A stretch of 64,000 nucleotides of DNA from Nitrospira sp. (lineage in GTDB: Bacteria > Nitrospirota > Nitrospiria > Nitrospirales > Nitrospiraceae), in NCBI GenBank assembly GCA_020853775.1, contig JADYYH010000093.1, positions 211-64,210 on the forward strand, given 5' to 3'. Of this stretch, positions 1 to 8,656 are shown piece by piece (the stretch's first letter is position 1; the number at the start of each line of letters is the position of its first letter). The notes beneath the pieces are model-generated. The model saw only the letters and a list, made by a program, of their open reading frames with translations. It was not told the DNA's origin and ran no database searches. Made by a program: the position numbers and the translations under genes.

Positions 1-762
1 CGGACACACATCTGATTGCGTTTCTCCGAATTACGCATCGCGTTCGATGGCACTGTCGATCTACCGCTGAGGACGCGAGTCTTCTTCAAAAAGGAGTCAG
101 GACGAATGACAGCATCCGTGTGGTGGGTGTACCCGTTGCGTGATGAGGCGTGTCAGTCGTTGGATCTGGTTCAGTCGGGCAGTCGCCCCCTGCAAATTGG
201 ACTTCCGAGGTAGTCCTAATGGACGAAAGAGGACAACTGTTCTGCGAGTTCTCCCCTTCGTTTTCCTGCCAATGGATCTATCAGATCCTCAAACATCGCC
301 CTGTGTGATCTGCTTTCGAGAATGATGCTCCTGTCGAAGGCGAAGCCGAACGGCCAAGCGACATATTCTGCTGCGGAGCGATCTACGTTGTTCGAATCGT
401 CGAGCCTCATGAACTTCTGTCGGCTGATCGCTCAACCGAACTACCTGGGGACTCTCTGGTGTGCCTACCAGGTCAGGGAGTGGACGTCGTTCCACAACCT
501 GAAGATTCGCTCGAAATTAAATGAACGTATTCTCAGCGTACCGTCCGGAAGAATGACGACAGGCTCCGGGACCAGCACAAACGTACGAGGGAAGGTGTGG
601 ATGTTTCCCGGTGGTGACCAGGCACCAATATCCGATGTGCGGATCCATACGACTCTGTATAAGTGGCCTCGATGGAATTCGAGCCGTCAGGGGTCGATGG
701 CTACATAACGGCATGCGGAGCGAACTGTAGCGGAATTGGATTCCGTCGGAAATCGTTTAAGA

Positions 763-1038
763 ATGCGCTCTCAATTCACTGACCAGCGGAAACAGCAGAT
801 TCTGAAAGAAGGACGCTCCAAAGGCGGGATTGAACACGTGTGCAGGAAATACGGCATTTCTATGAGCACGTTTTATCGCTGGAGAGCCAAGCTGGGCGGC
901 CAAGAGACGGATCCGACTGTTCACTTGCGTTCCTTGCAACTGGAGAATCGACGACTCAAACATCGGGTGGCTGAACTCTCGCTGGATTATACCATTCTCC
1001 GATCTGCATTGATCAACGACAGGGGGAATGAATGTTGA
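763..1038 (+). mobile_element. IS3-family transposase OrfA-like HTH protein, orphan (no OrfB)
   Basis: Translation has the OrfA pattern (RSQFTDQRKQQILKE...EHVCRKYGISMSTFYRWRAK...LQLENRRLKHRVAELSLDYTILR). No DDE ORF follows. Start placed at ATG 763. Confidence 0.8.
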
Positions 1039-1195
1039 TGCGCACGGCGCCAACGTTTGGCTTGGAGCAGCAACAGGTGAGCCCAGGACGGAGCGTTCTT
1101 GCGGGAGCACGACCATACTCGAATCGCGCGTTCCGATCAATGGTCGAACAGATTTCCCGTGTCATGCATTTCTTTTCGAGCATGGAGTGCATGGC

Positions 1196-2929
1196 ATGAA
1201 GGCTGTGATCATGGATGGCGCTCCATATGCCGGAACAATGCTGGCGTTTCCCGTCGGGAACGAATTGTTGATAGACCATTTGCTGTTGACGCTCAAGAAG
1301 GTTGGCATCCGGGACGTCGCGGTCGTGTCCTGCGAGCAGGATCCGTCTGTTCGCGAGTTGATCTGTCGCGCCGGCCGTTCGTGTGACATGACGGTGGTGT
1401 GGTGTCCACAGCCTGTCTATCGTGGCACCGCTGGCAGTTTGCAGACGGTCGAAGGCTTTCTCGATACGCCGACCTTTGTTGGTATCCATGCCAATGTTTA
1501 CTTGAGGGATGTGGACTTGGCGGCTGCATTCAAAGCGCATGACGAACATCGTGCAGGCATCACGCTGGTTACTCAGCGGCTGGCCGGTACTGATGACGAT
1601 CTGGAAAGTGTGGAGGTTGATCCTGCGGGGCTCGTTTCCAGGGTCAACATTCTGCATTGGTCGAGAAATCGCCGGAGTCAGTTGACCCCGTGCGGGGTGT
1701 ATGTGTTCGACCGAGAGATCCTCTCGCATATTCCTCGGGATGAATATTTCGACGTCAATGAGCAACTCGTGCCGCTGCTGCGAAGCCTTGGAGGCGTGAT
1801 ACGTGCTCATCAAATCGAGGGCGGTGTACACACGATTGCCGGGCCTGAGGACTTTCTCTGGTTGAACCGCGAGATTCTGCACGAAAATATGCAAGGCGGC
1901 CTGCGCGGAGGCAGTCGAGGTTGGGGTATGGACGACATCGTTATTGGAGAGAATTCCGATATCTCTCCACGCTCGTTTCTCCTCGGTCCTCTGGTGATCG
2001 GCCCCAATTGTGTAGTGGAAGATTATGTGCACCTGATCGGTCCCGCGGTGATCGGTCCAACCTCCCACTTGGAAAAAGGGAGCCTCGTGCGCGAGAGCGT
2101 GGTCCGGTCCGGTACGCGGGTGCAGGGAAATGCCAGGGTTGAATACTCCGTGGTAGCCGGCGATGAGACGGTGCCCGAGGGCATGCGCCTCCGAAGCACG
2201 TTCTGGACCACGGCGCAGCCGGCCATGTATGAGCCGCATGGACCGTCGAACCAGGCTGCTCCGAACAAGCTGCTGCAACGGACGAGGCGCGCTCAACGGT
2301 CTTCCGGAAAAGCGCAGAGGGGCAGCGGTCAACGGTCGATGTATGGCCTGATCAAGGCTGTCGGCGATATCGCGGCAGCTGCCGTCGGGATGGTCCTTGT
2401 GGGTCCGCTCATGCTGCTCATCGCACTGGCGGTCAAGTTGGATTCTCCGGGTCCGGTATTTTTTTCTCAAAAGCGGTGCGGAAAAAACGGCAAGGAGTTT
2501 TGGATGCATAAGTTCAGAACTATGGTGCCGGATGCCGAGCAACGCCAGAAGGACTTGCGGACGCACAATACGGTCGATGGACCGATGTTCAAGTTGGAGG
2601 AAGATCCGCGCGTCACCCGCTTGGGCAAGATTCTTCGCAAGACGAGCCTCGATGAGTTGCCGCAGTTGTTGAACGTCTTGCGCGGAGAAATGAGTCTGGT
2701 CGGCCCCCGACCGCTGGCCTATGACGAGATGAAATTCTGCCCGACATGGCGGGATGCGCGGCTGAGTGTGCATCCCGGACTCACAGGCCTCTGGCAGGTG
2801 AAGGCGCGCAATCGCAATCGATTTGCGGAGTGGATTCGATACGACCTCGAATATGTCCGCACACATTCGTTGTGGCTTGACCTGTACATTCTCATCCGGA
2901 CCGCTCGGGTGTTGCTGAAAGGAGTGTGA
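1196..2929 (+). CDS. Fusion: degenerate NDP-sugar pyrophosphorylase-like domain + left-handed beta-helix + priming phosphoglycosyltransferase (Bac_transf/WcaJ-like)
   Basis: N-terminal MKAVIM..GTAGSL..GVYVFD fold, hexapeptide repeats (IGENSDI, IGPNCVV), C-terminal KFRTM..DPRVT..SLDELPQL..SLVGPRP. GGAG SD before ATG 1196; the ORF track start at 1028 is probably too long. Confidence 0.88.
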   Translation: MKAVIMDGAPYAGTMLAFPVGNELLIDHLLLTLKKVGIRDVAVVSCEQDPSVRELICRAGRSCDMTVVWCPQPVYRGTAGSLQTVEGFLDTPTFVGIHANVYLRDVDLAAAFKAHDEHRAGITLVTQRLAGTDDDLESVEVDPAGLVSRVNILHWSRNRRSQLTPCGVYVFDREILSHIPRDEYFDVNEQLVPLLRSLGGVIRAHQIEGGVHTIAGPEDFLWLNREILHENMQGGLRGGSRGWGMDDIVIGENSDISPRSFLLGPLVIGPNCVVEDYVHLIGPAVIGPTSHLEKGSLVRESVVRSGTRVQGNARVEYSVVAGDETVPEGMRLRSTFWTTAQPAMYEPHGPSNQAAPNKLLQRTRRAQRSSGKAQRGSGQRSMYGLIKAVGDIAAAAVGMVLVGPLMLLIALAVKLDSPGPVFFSQKRCGKNGKEFWMHKFRTMVPDAEQRQKDLRTHNTVDGPMFKLEEDPRVTRLGKILRKTSLDELPQLLNVLRGEMSLVGPRPLAYDEMKFCPTWRDARLSVHPGLTGLWQVKARNRNRFAEWIRYDLEYVRTHSLWLDLYILIRTARVLLKGV

Positions 2930-5157
2930 CTGTGCCGTACACGACTGGGCTCCCTGAGGCGAACTCCGCCACTGTCGGCCGATCGGCGTTCGGCCTGCGA
3001 GAACACTTGATCACCGTGTTCCGCCAGAAACGTCTGTTGCTCACGATTCTCGGAGTCGCAACCATCGTGGCCGGGCCGGGCTCGTTTTTGATGACCAATA
3101 TCTATAGCGCCGAGGTTCGATTGCTCATCCAGAACGCGCGGACACCGTTCAGCATGAGCACTCCGTTGACGGGGCAGGTGTTCACGCCTTCCGACATCAC
3201 CCAAAAAGACGATGTGGCGACCGAAGTGCAAATTTTTACCAGCCCGATCCTGTTGGATAAGTTGGTCGACTACTTCGGAAATGAACGAGTGCTGGCTTCC
3301 ATGCGTGGGCGGTGGGACTGGGTCGCCGAGCTGCCGAAAACCGCTTTCAAGCAACTGGCCGGTCTGCCGCCGGTCGCACAGTTCCTAGCGACGATCGGGT
3401 ATGCGCCGAAACCCGAGAATCTACATTATCAAGCGGTACAGCAGATCCGGGCTCATTTGAATGTGGAAGGTGTGCGCCAAACGCACGTATTCGTGGCGAG
3501 TCTGGATTCTCCCGACCCGAACTTTTCGGCAGATGCTCTCAACGCCTTGGTCGCCATTTATCTGGATCATCAGTTGTCGATCCGTAAAGGCAAAGGGGCG
3601 CGTGAATTTTTCGATGAACAAACGAAGCAGATGCGCGGCGAATTGCAGCAGGCAGAGCTTCGGCTCCAGGCCTTCAAGGACAAGTGGAATATTGTCTCCA
3701 TCGAGGACCAGAAGCGACACCTCTTGCAGCAGGTGACCCACACGGAGGCCGCGCTTCGCGAAAGTCAGGTACAGGTCGCAGAAACGGAAGTGCGCATCAC
3801 CAAACTGAAGGAACGGCTGGCCGGACAACAAGAAGCGATTCCCCTGACGAACGTCTCCGAACGGAATCCGATGCTGGATCAATTGAAAAACCGGTTGATG
3901 CAGATGGAGTTGGAATACTCGCAGTACGTGCCGGACAGTCCGGCCGCCGCTGAGTTGGTACGAGAAATCGCCGCGGTCCGTGCCCGGCTGCAAGCGGAGA
4001 GTGCAAAAGTGACAGGCGCGGCCACCTCCGGTGTCAATCAAACGTATCAGGAACTGAAGCGTACCCTGGTCATGGAGGAAGGTCGCCGGGAGAGTCTGCG
4101 TCCGCGTCTTTCAGAGTTGACCAAGCAATTCAAGTCCTACCGGGACTCCCTGAATATTCTGGATCAACGTGAAATGGAACTGCAGGGCTTGATGCGCGAG
4201 GTCAAGGTCAAGCAGGAAGCGTTTGACGTCTACCTCAAGAAGGAAGAAGAGTCGCGTATCAATGAAGTGTTGGACCGAAAAGGCATTTCGAACGTCAATG
4301 CGATCGAGCATGCGATGGCCCCTCAGAAGCCGGTCAGACCCCGCAAGTTTCTCAATGTGGTGATCGGACTGTTGATTGGATTGGTCGGAGGATTCGGCTC
4401 GGCCTATGTCTCCGAATATATGCGTCGGACGTTCGTCACCCGTGAGGAAGTGGAAGACACCCTGAAGCGGCCTGTGCTCGCCGCATTGCCGCTCGTACGT
4501 CCCGGTACATCCGATGTGGGCAGTTTCGATCTTGAGTTACGGCAAGCGGCGCAACAGGTCATTCGCTCCTACCATGAGCGTGGTCTCAGAACAGTCCTTG
4601 TCACCAGTGCGCTGCGCGGAGAAGGCCGGTCGTATGTAGCTGCCGCGCTCGCGCGTGTGCTGGCCCAGCAGAAGTTTCGCATGCTGCTCATCACTTTCGA
4701 GGAGGCCGGGTCGGAGCAACCAACGCCGGGTGATGCCGCTGCCGGACTGAAACAGGGGCCGGGGGCGGATCGGCTGCTGCAGGAGACCCCCGAGCCGACT
4801 GATTGCCCGCAGTTGCATCGGTTACTGGTTCGGCACAGGGAGGGCACGGCGCTGGAATTTGCCGAACATCTGGCGGAGGTCGCTAAGACCATGCGGGATC
4901 GTTTCGATTTGATCGTGATTGACGGTCCCGCGTTGACCTCATTTCCTGAAATGCGGGTTGCCATCGCCGGTATCGACGGTACGATTTTGGTGATCGAAGC
5001 TGAGCGAACGGTGTCGGTGGCCGCGAGTAGAACGATCGCGGCGATCGAGGCGGCCGGAGGGCATTTGCTGGGACTCATGTTGAATAAGCGGCGGTACATC
5101 ATTCCGGACTGGATTTATGGGCGGTGGTTGGCGGCCGGTGGGAGGGAGGGCGTATGA
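2926..5157 (+). CDS. wzc: Polysaccharide co-polymerase, Wzc/GumC-like, with degenerate BY-kinase domain
   Basis: TM - Wzz-like region - long coiled coil - PQKPVRP + TM - P-loop-like domain (GEGRS, IVIDGP). GTGA overlap with the upstream gene. Confidence 0.85.
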   Translation: MTVPYTTGLPEANSATVGRSAFGLREHLITVFRQKRLLLTILGVATIVAGPGSFLMTNIYSAEVRLLIQNARTPFSMSTPLTGQVFTPSDITQKDDVATEVQIFTSPILLDKLVDYFGNERVLASMRGRWDWVAELPKTAFKQLAGLPPVAQFLATIGYAPKPENLHYQAVQQIRAHLNVEGVRQTHVFVASLDSPDPNFSADALNALVAIYLDHQLSIRKGKGAREFFDEQTKQMRGELQQAELRLQAFKDKWNIVSIEDQKRHLLQQVTHTEAALRESQVQVAETEVRITKLKERLAGQQEAIPLTNVSERNPMLDQLKNRLMQMELEYSQYVPDSPAAAELVREIAAVRARLQAESAKVTGAATSGVNQTYQELKRTLVMEEGRRESLRPRLSELTKQFKSYRDSLNILDQREMELQGLMREVKVKQEAFDVYLKKEEESRINEVLDRKGISNVNAIEHAMAPQKPVRPRKFLNVVIGLLIGLVGGFGSAYVSEYMRRTFVTREEVEDTLKRPVLAALPLVRPGTSDVGSFDLELRQAAQQVIRSYHERGLRTVLVTSALRGEGRSYVAAALARVLAQQKFRMLLITFEEAGSEQPTPGDAAAGLKQGPGADRLLQETPEPTDCPQLHRLLVRHREGTALEFAEHLAEVAKTMRDRFDLIVIDGPALTSFPEMRVAIAGIDGTILVIEAERTVSVAASRTIAAIEAAGGHLLGLMLNKRRYIIPDWIYGRWLAAGGREGV

Positions 5158-5948
5158 GTGACTCGATCGCGGGAGTAATGCCGGTCAATGACAAGACGGT
5201 CCCTGCAGAGGGATTCGTTCGAGAAGACGGGTGGTATGCGCCCTATGATTATTGGCTCACGTTATGGGGCCTCTATGAGCTGTATGCTTACGCACTGGCC
5301 TTGCTCGGCAATGTGAAGGACAAAGTGCTTCTGGATTGCGGCTGTGGTCCCGGCCATACCTCGGTGATGCTCGCGAAACGCGGCGCCATCGTCACGGCCT
5401 TCGATACGGCCGACGGTCAACTCGAGACGGCGCGCCGATTAGCACAGGCGAATGGAGTGCACGTGACCTTTCTGTGCAAGCCGTTCGAGGAGCTGGATTT
5501 TCCCGACGAGAGTTTCGACGTGGTCTTTGGCACATTCGTGTTGCATCACGTGGATCTTCCGAAGGCTAGTCGGCAATTGGCGCGTGTGCTGAAGCCGGGG
5601 GGAAAGGCAGTGTTCATAGAAAACTCCGCGCTGAATCCCTTGCTCATGGCGGCCAGAAGCAAAGTGTGCGGAAAGTTCGGTGTACCTCAATACAGCGATG
5701 AGCATGAGCACCCGCTCACTCGTCATGATATTGCGACGCTACAGAGCGCTTTTCCCGGCGCCTGCACCATTCATTTTCCGAGTTTCTTGTTCTTTCGATT
5801 GCTCGATTTCTACATGTTCAAGAAGCGCTGGGCGTGGATGACGGCCCTGCTACAACGCTGCGATCAGGTCGCCGGCTCGATATCGTTCGTGCGTCGATAT
5901 GGCTACCTGCAAGTCGTCGAACTGGGTAAGGGAATCGTACGTGCGTAA
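5154..5948 (+). CDS. Class I SAM-dependent methyltransferase
   Basis: Motif I LLDCGCGPG, then FPDESFDVVFG..LHHVD..RVLKPGG. ATGA overlap with the wzc stop. Confidence 0.88.
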   Translation: MSDSIAGVMPVNDKTVPAEGFVREDGWYAPYDYWLTLWGLYELYAYALALLGNVKDKVLLDCGCGPGHTSVMLAKRGAIVTAFDTADGQLETARRLAQANGVHVTFLCKPFEELDFPDESFDVVFGTFVLHHVDLPKASRQLARVLKPGGKAVFIENSALNPLLMAARSKVCGKFGVPQYSDEHEHPLTRHDIATLQSAFPGACTIHFPSFLFFRLLDFYMFKKRWAWMTALLQRCDQVAGSISFVRRYGYLQVVELGKGIVRA

Positions 5949-7215
5949 CGATCTGATCGAATCCGGACTGGGCGTCTGCCGGGGGCTGGTCATCCTGTCC
6001 GGGCTGTTCTTTGCGGCAACGGATATCTGGGCTTCGCCCGCCCCAGAGGCAGTGGCTGGATGTCGGGCCGAAGCCCTTGCGCCGAAAAATCATCGTACCT
6101 CTTTGCCGGATCGCGTCACGCTGATCCCGCCTTCGAACGGCACCTACATCGGCTTATACAGCATCGGTACAATCGCGGAAGACCAGCGGCGATTTGTTGA
6201 GAAAAGCGGGCATCGCCCCGCGATTGTATACACGTTTCACGATTGGGTGTCCGACGACGATTGGGCCTCGTCTTCGCCGCATTTCCGGACCTTCACCGAC
6301 CCGTTAGAATCATCCCGAGTGAGTCCGCTCCAGCTGGCCGAGCAGGTGAGAAAGGAAGGCAGTGTGCTGGCGGTGGCCTGGGCCATCCAGTGTTGCGATT
6401 GGGAGTCCCACTTGTTCTGGTATGGATTTCGGAAGCCGACGGTAACGGTCGATCGTCTTTTGCAGGGCGAATACGATTCGTACATCACGAGCGTGGCCCG
6501 TCAGATTAAGTCCTACGGTCATCCGATCATGCTGACCCTGTTCAGCGAGTTCAATTACCAGGGAATGATGGGATTCGGTAAGCGAGGGGGAGAACGGCTG
6601 GATGAGGTCGCCCATGTCTGTCGTCTGTATGGGGATCCGACATGGCCGGACGGGCCCGAACGCATTAAAGACGCTTTCGTGTACGTCATCGACAGATTTC
6701 GAAAAGAAGATGTGCGAAATGTGACGTGGTTCATGTATGCCGGGTCCCACTATATGAATCCTCGTCACGAGGACTACTCGCAATGGCTGCACCCTCAGTA
6801 TTTCTATCCCGGCGATGACTATATCGATTGGGTGGGGCAGAGCGCGTACTTCATCGATCCCAGAGCCATTCCAAAACTCCGGCAGCAGGAGCTCGCCACG
6901 TCAGTCACGGAGGCATTGGCGCCTGGCTATGTCGCGTGGGGGGCGGTGACTGAGCGGCCGCTGTTTCTTCCTGAGTTCGGGGTGTTGGGAGATAAGACGC
7001 ACAGTCGAGCACGAGTGCTGGAAGAGGTCTTTCGCGACGTGTTGCCCCAGTTCCCTCGAGTGCAGGCCATCACACTGGCTGATTTCAAAATTGCCGAGGA
7101 TTACTACGAAGTGCCCAGGCTTGGCACATTCGAGGATGAAACAGGCGCCTGGAAGCGGGCGGTTCGTGAGAACCCTCACTACCTCAAACAGGTCACCATC
7201 AAAGGCGGGGAGTAG
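5941..7215 (+). CDS. Secreted GH26-like glycoside hydrolase
   Basis: Signal-peptide-like N-terminus, acid/base motif SEFN, FYPGDDYIDWVG, nucleophile motif RPLFLPEFG. GTG start overlaps the upstream stop. Confidence 0.75.
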   Translation: MRNDLIESGLGVCRGLVILSGLFFAATDIWASPAPEAVAGCRAEALAPKNHRTSLPDRVTLIPPSNGTYIGLYSIGTIAEDQRRFVEKSGHRPAIVYTFHDWVSDDDWASSSPHFRTFTDPLESSRVSPLQLAEQVRKEGSVLAVAWAIQCCDWESHLFWYGFRKPTVTVDRLLQGEYDSYITSVARQIKSYGHPIMLTLFSEFNYQGMMGFGKRGGERLDEVAHVCRLYGDPTWPDGPERIKDAFVYVIDRFRKEDVRNVTWFMYAGSHYMNPRHEDYSQWLHPQYFYPGDDYIDWVGQSAYFIDPRAIPKLRQQELATSVTEALAPGYVAWGAVTERPLFLPEFGVLGDKTHSRARVLEEVFRDVLPQFPRVQAITLADFKIAEDYYEVPRLGTFEDETGAWKRAVRENPHYLKQVTIKGGE

Positions 7216-7222
7216 TCCGACG

Positions 7223-8608
7223 ATGGTGCCGAACCGGTCCTCCAAATGGCTGTGCCTCTGTGTGGTCTTTGCGCTCTGTTTCTCCCTGCGCGTCGGGGTT
7301 GGCGCGATCATCGATGCGACGGTGCCGGTCGTCAAACGCGCGGATGTCTATTCGGTCGTTGCCGAAAACCTGGCGCGCGGCTATGGCTTTGTCGCGGAGC
7401 CGGGCGGCGAACCCATTGTCTGGCGTGCCCCGCTCTATCCGGCATTTCTGGCGGCCATCTATGCGCTTTTCGGAGAGCATAACGAAACGGGGGTGTTTCT
7501 GGCGCAATCCGTGTTGGATTCGCTCACCGCCGTGTTGATCTTTTACATGGGAACCCGGTTGTTCGGTGAAGCCGTCGGATTCGTCTCTGCCGTGACCTTT
7601 GCGCTACATCCTCTCTCTGCCTACTACTCCCTTCGTTTCCTGTCTGAGCCGCTGTTTACCCTGGCGTTTACGGCGGTCATCGCATCCTGGATCGCGGCGG
7701 CCACGAGTCGTCGAATCATCGCGTACATGACCGTCGGGGCCTTGATTGCTCTCGCATCATTGGTGAAACCGATTGCGCTGGGCTTATGGCCGTTGCTTGC
7801 GAGCTGTGCCTTGTATCAGTTGAGAGAGGAGCCTGTTCGCGCATGGTTGGCCGCGACTGCGTTGACCGTGGCTTGCCTCATCGCGTTGTCTCCCTGGGCG
7901 CTTCGGAACTATCGTGTGACGGGCGAATTGGTGGCCGTGGCGACCGGAGGGGGCTACGCTCTCTGGCTCGGCAATCAAATGGTGAGCGAGGGGAAGGAAG
8001 ACTGGGAAGTCGACGACATGACCCGGGCACACCTGTTTGCGCGGCGCAGCGCGGTGATTGCAGGAAATGAAGAAGCCGATCGGTTTCTCATCCCTGTCCC
8101 AAGCCGACCGTCGATCCGATCGGCCACGCAGCCGGTTCACATTTCGGTTCCGGAAGATGATGCCTTTTTGAAAGCAGCCTGGCGTGAGATGGTATCTCAT
8201 CCGTTCGGCACGGCGTTGTTGACGACCAGGAAACTGTTCAGGTTTTGGTTCAAGATTTTTCTTCCCGATAATCGCTGGGCGCAATCCTACATTACCTTGT
8301 TTCAAACCTTCTTCCTGGGTGTGGCGGTTCTAGGCCTGCTGGAGGCGAAGCGAAGGGAAATTCCTGTGTTCGCGTTGATTCTACCGGTCATATTCCTTGC
8401 GGTCGTGCATGCGCTGACGTTTGCCACGATTCGCTACAGTATTCCGACTGTACCCGTCATGACGATCTTTATGTCGGTGGGATTACAAGTTGCCGTGCGC
8501 AGGCTGAATGAAAAAATGGGGATGTCCGTCGGCATGTTCTTGAGGCGACCGTTACAGGCCGCGTTTTCGGATAAAGCGATTCTGTCGTCTCGCAGACGGC
8601 GTTCATGA
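7223..8608 (+). CDS. GT-C membrane glycosyltransferase (ArnT/PMT_2-like)
   Basis: Many TM segments, NLARGYGF..RAPLYPAFLA, LSEPLF, PWALRNY, periplasmic loop. Confidence 0.8.
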   Translation: MVPNRSSKWLCLCVVFALCFSLRVGVGAIIDATVPVVKRADVYSVVAENLARGYGFVAEPGGEPIVWRAPLYPAFLAAIYALFGEHNETGVFLAQSVLDSLTAVLIFYMGTRLFGEAVGFVSAVTFALHPLSAYYSLRFLSEPLFTLAFTAVIASWIAAATSRRIIAYMTVGALIALASLVKPIALGLWPLLASCALYQLREEPVRAWLAATALTVACLIALSPWALRNYRVTGELVAVATGGGYALWLGNQMVSEGKEDWEVDDMTRAHLFARRSAVIAGNEEADRFLIPVPSRPSIRSATQPVHISVPEDDAFLKAAWREMVSHPFGTALLTTRKLFRFWFKIFLPDNRWAQSYITLFQTFFLGVAVLGLLEAKRREIPVFALILPVIFLAVVHALTFATIRYSIPTVPVMTIFMSVGLQVAVRRLNEKMGMSVGMFLRRPLQAAFSDKAILSSRRRRS

Positions 8609-8656
8609 TCAGGCGCATAGCCTGCTATTTCAGTATGGAGACGGGGTAACGCGAAC

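Noticed and set aside
322-708. 128-aa ORF upstream of the OrfA-like gene
   Set aside because: No motif and no clear SD; cannot be supported as a gene.
125-713. GG-N10-GC spacings at 126-139 and 699-712 as sigma54 promoters
   Set aside because: Each matches only half of the consensus; this is expected by chance.
700-1195. Complete IS3 element
   Set aside because: No OrfB/DDE frame, frameshift motif or matching terminal inverted repeats found.
1-1195. ops/JUMPStart element or c-di-GMP riboswitch before the EPS operon
   Set aside because: No GGCGGTAG and no GEMM consensus seen.
1013-2866. 617-aa antisense ORF (and other long antisense ORFs, e.g. 42835-43935, 51833-52813, 60607-61614)
   Set aside because: They shadow well-supported genes in GC-rich DNA and contain no recognisable motifs.
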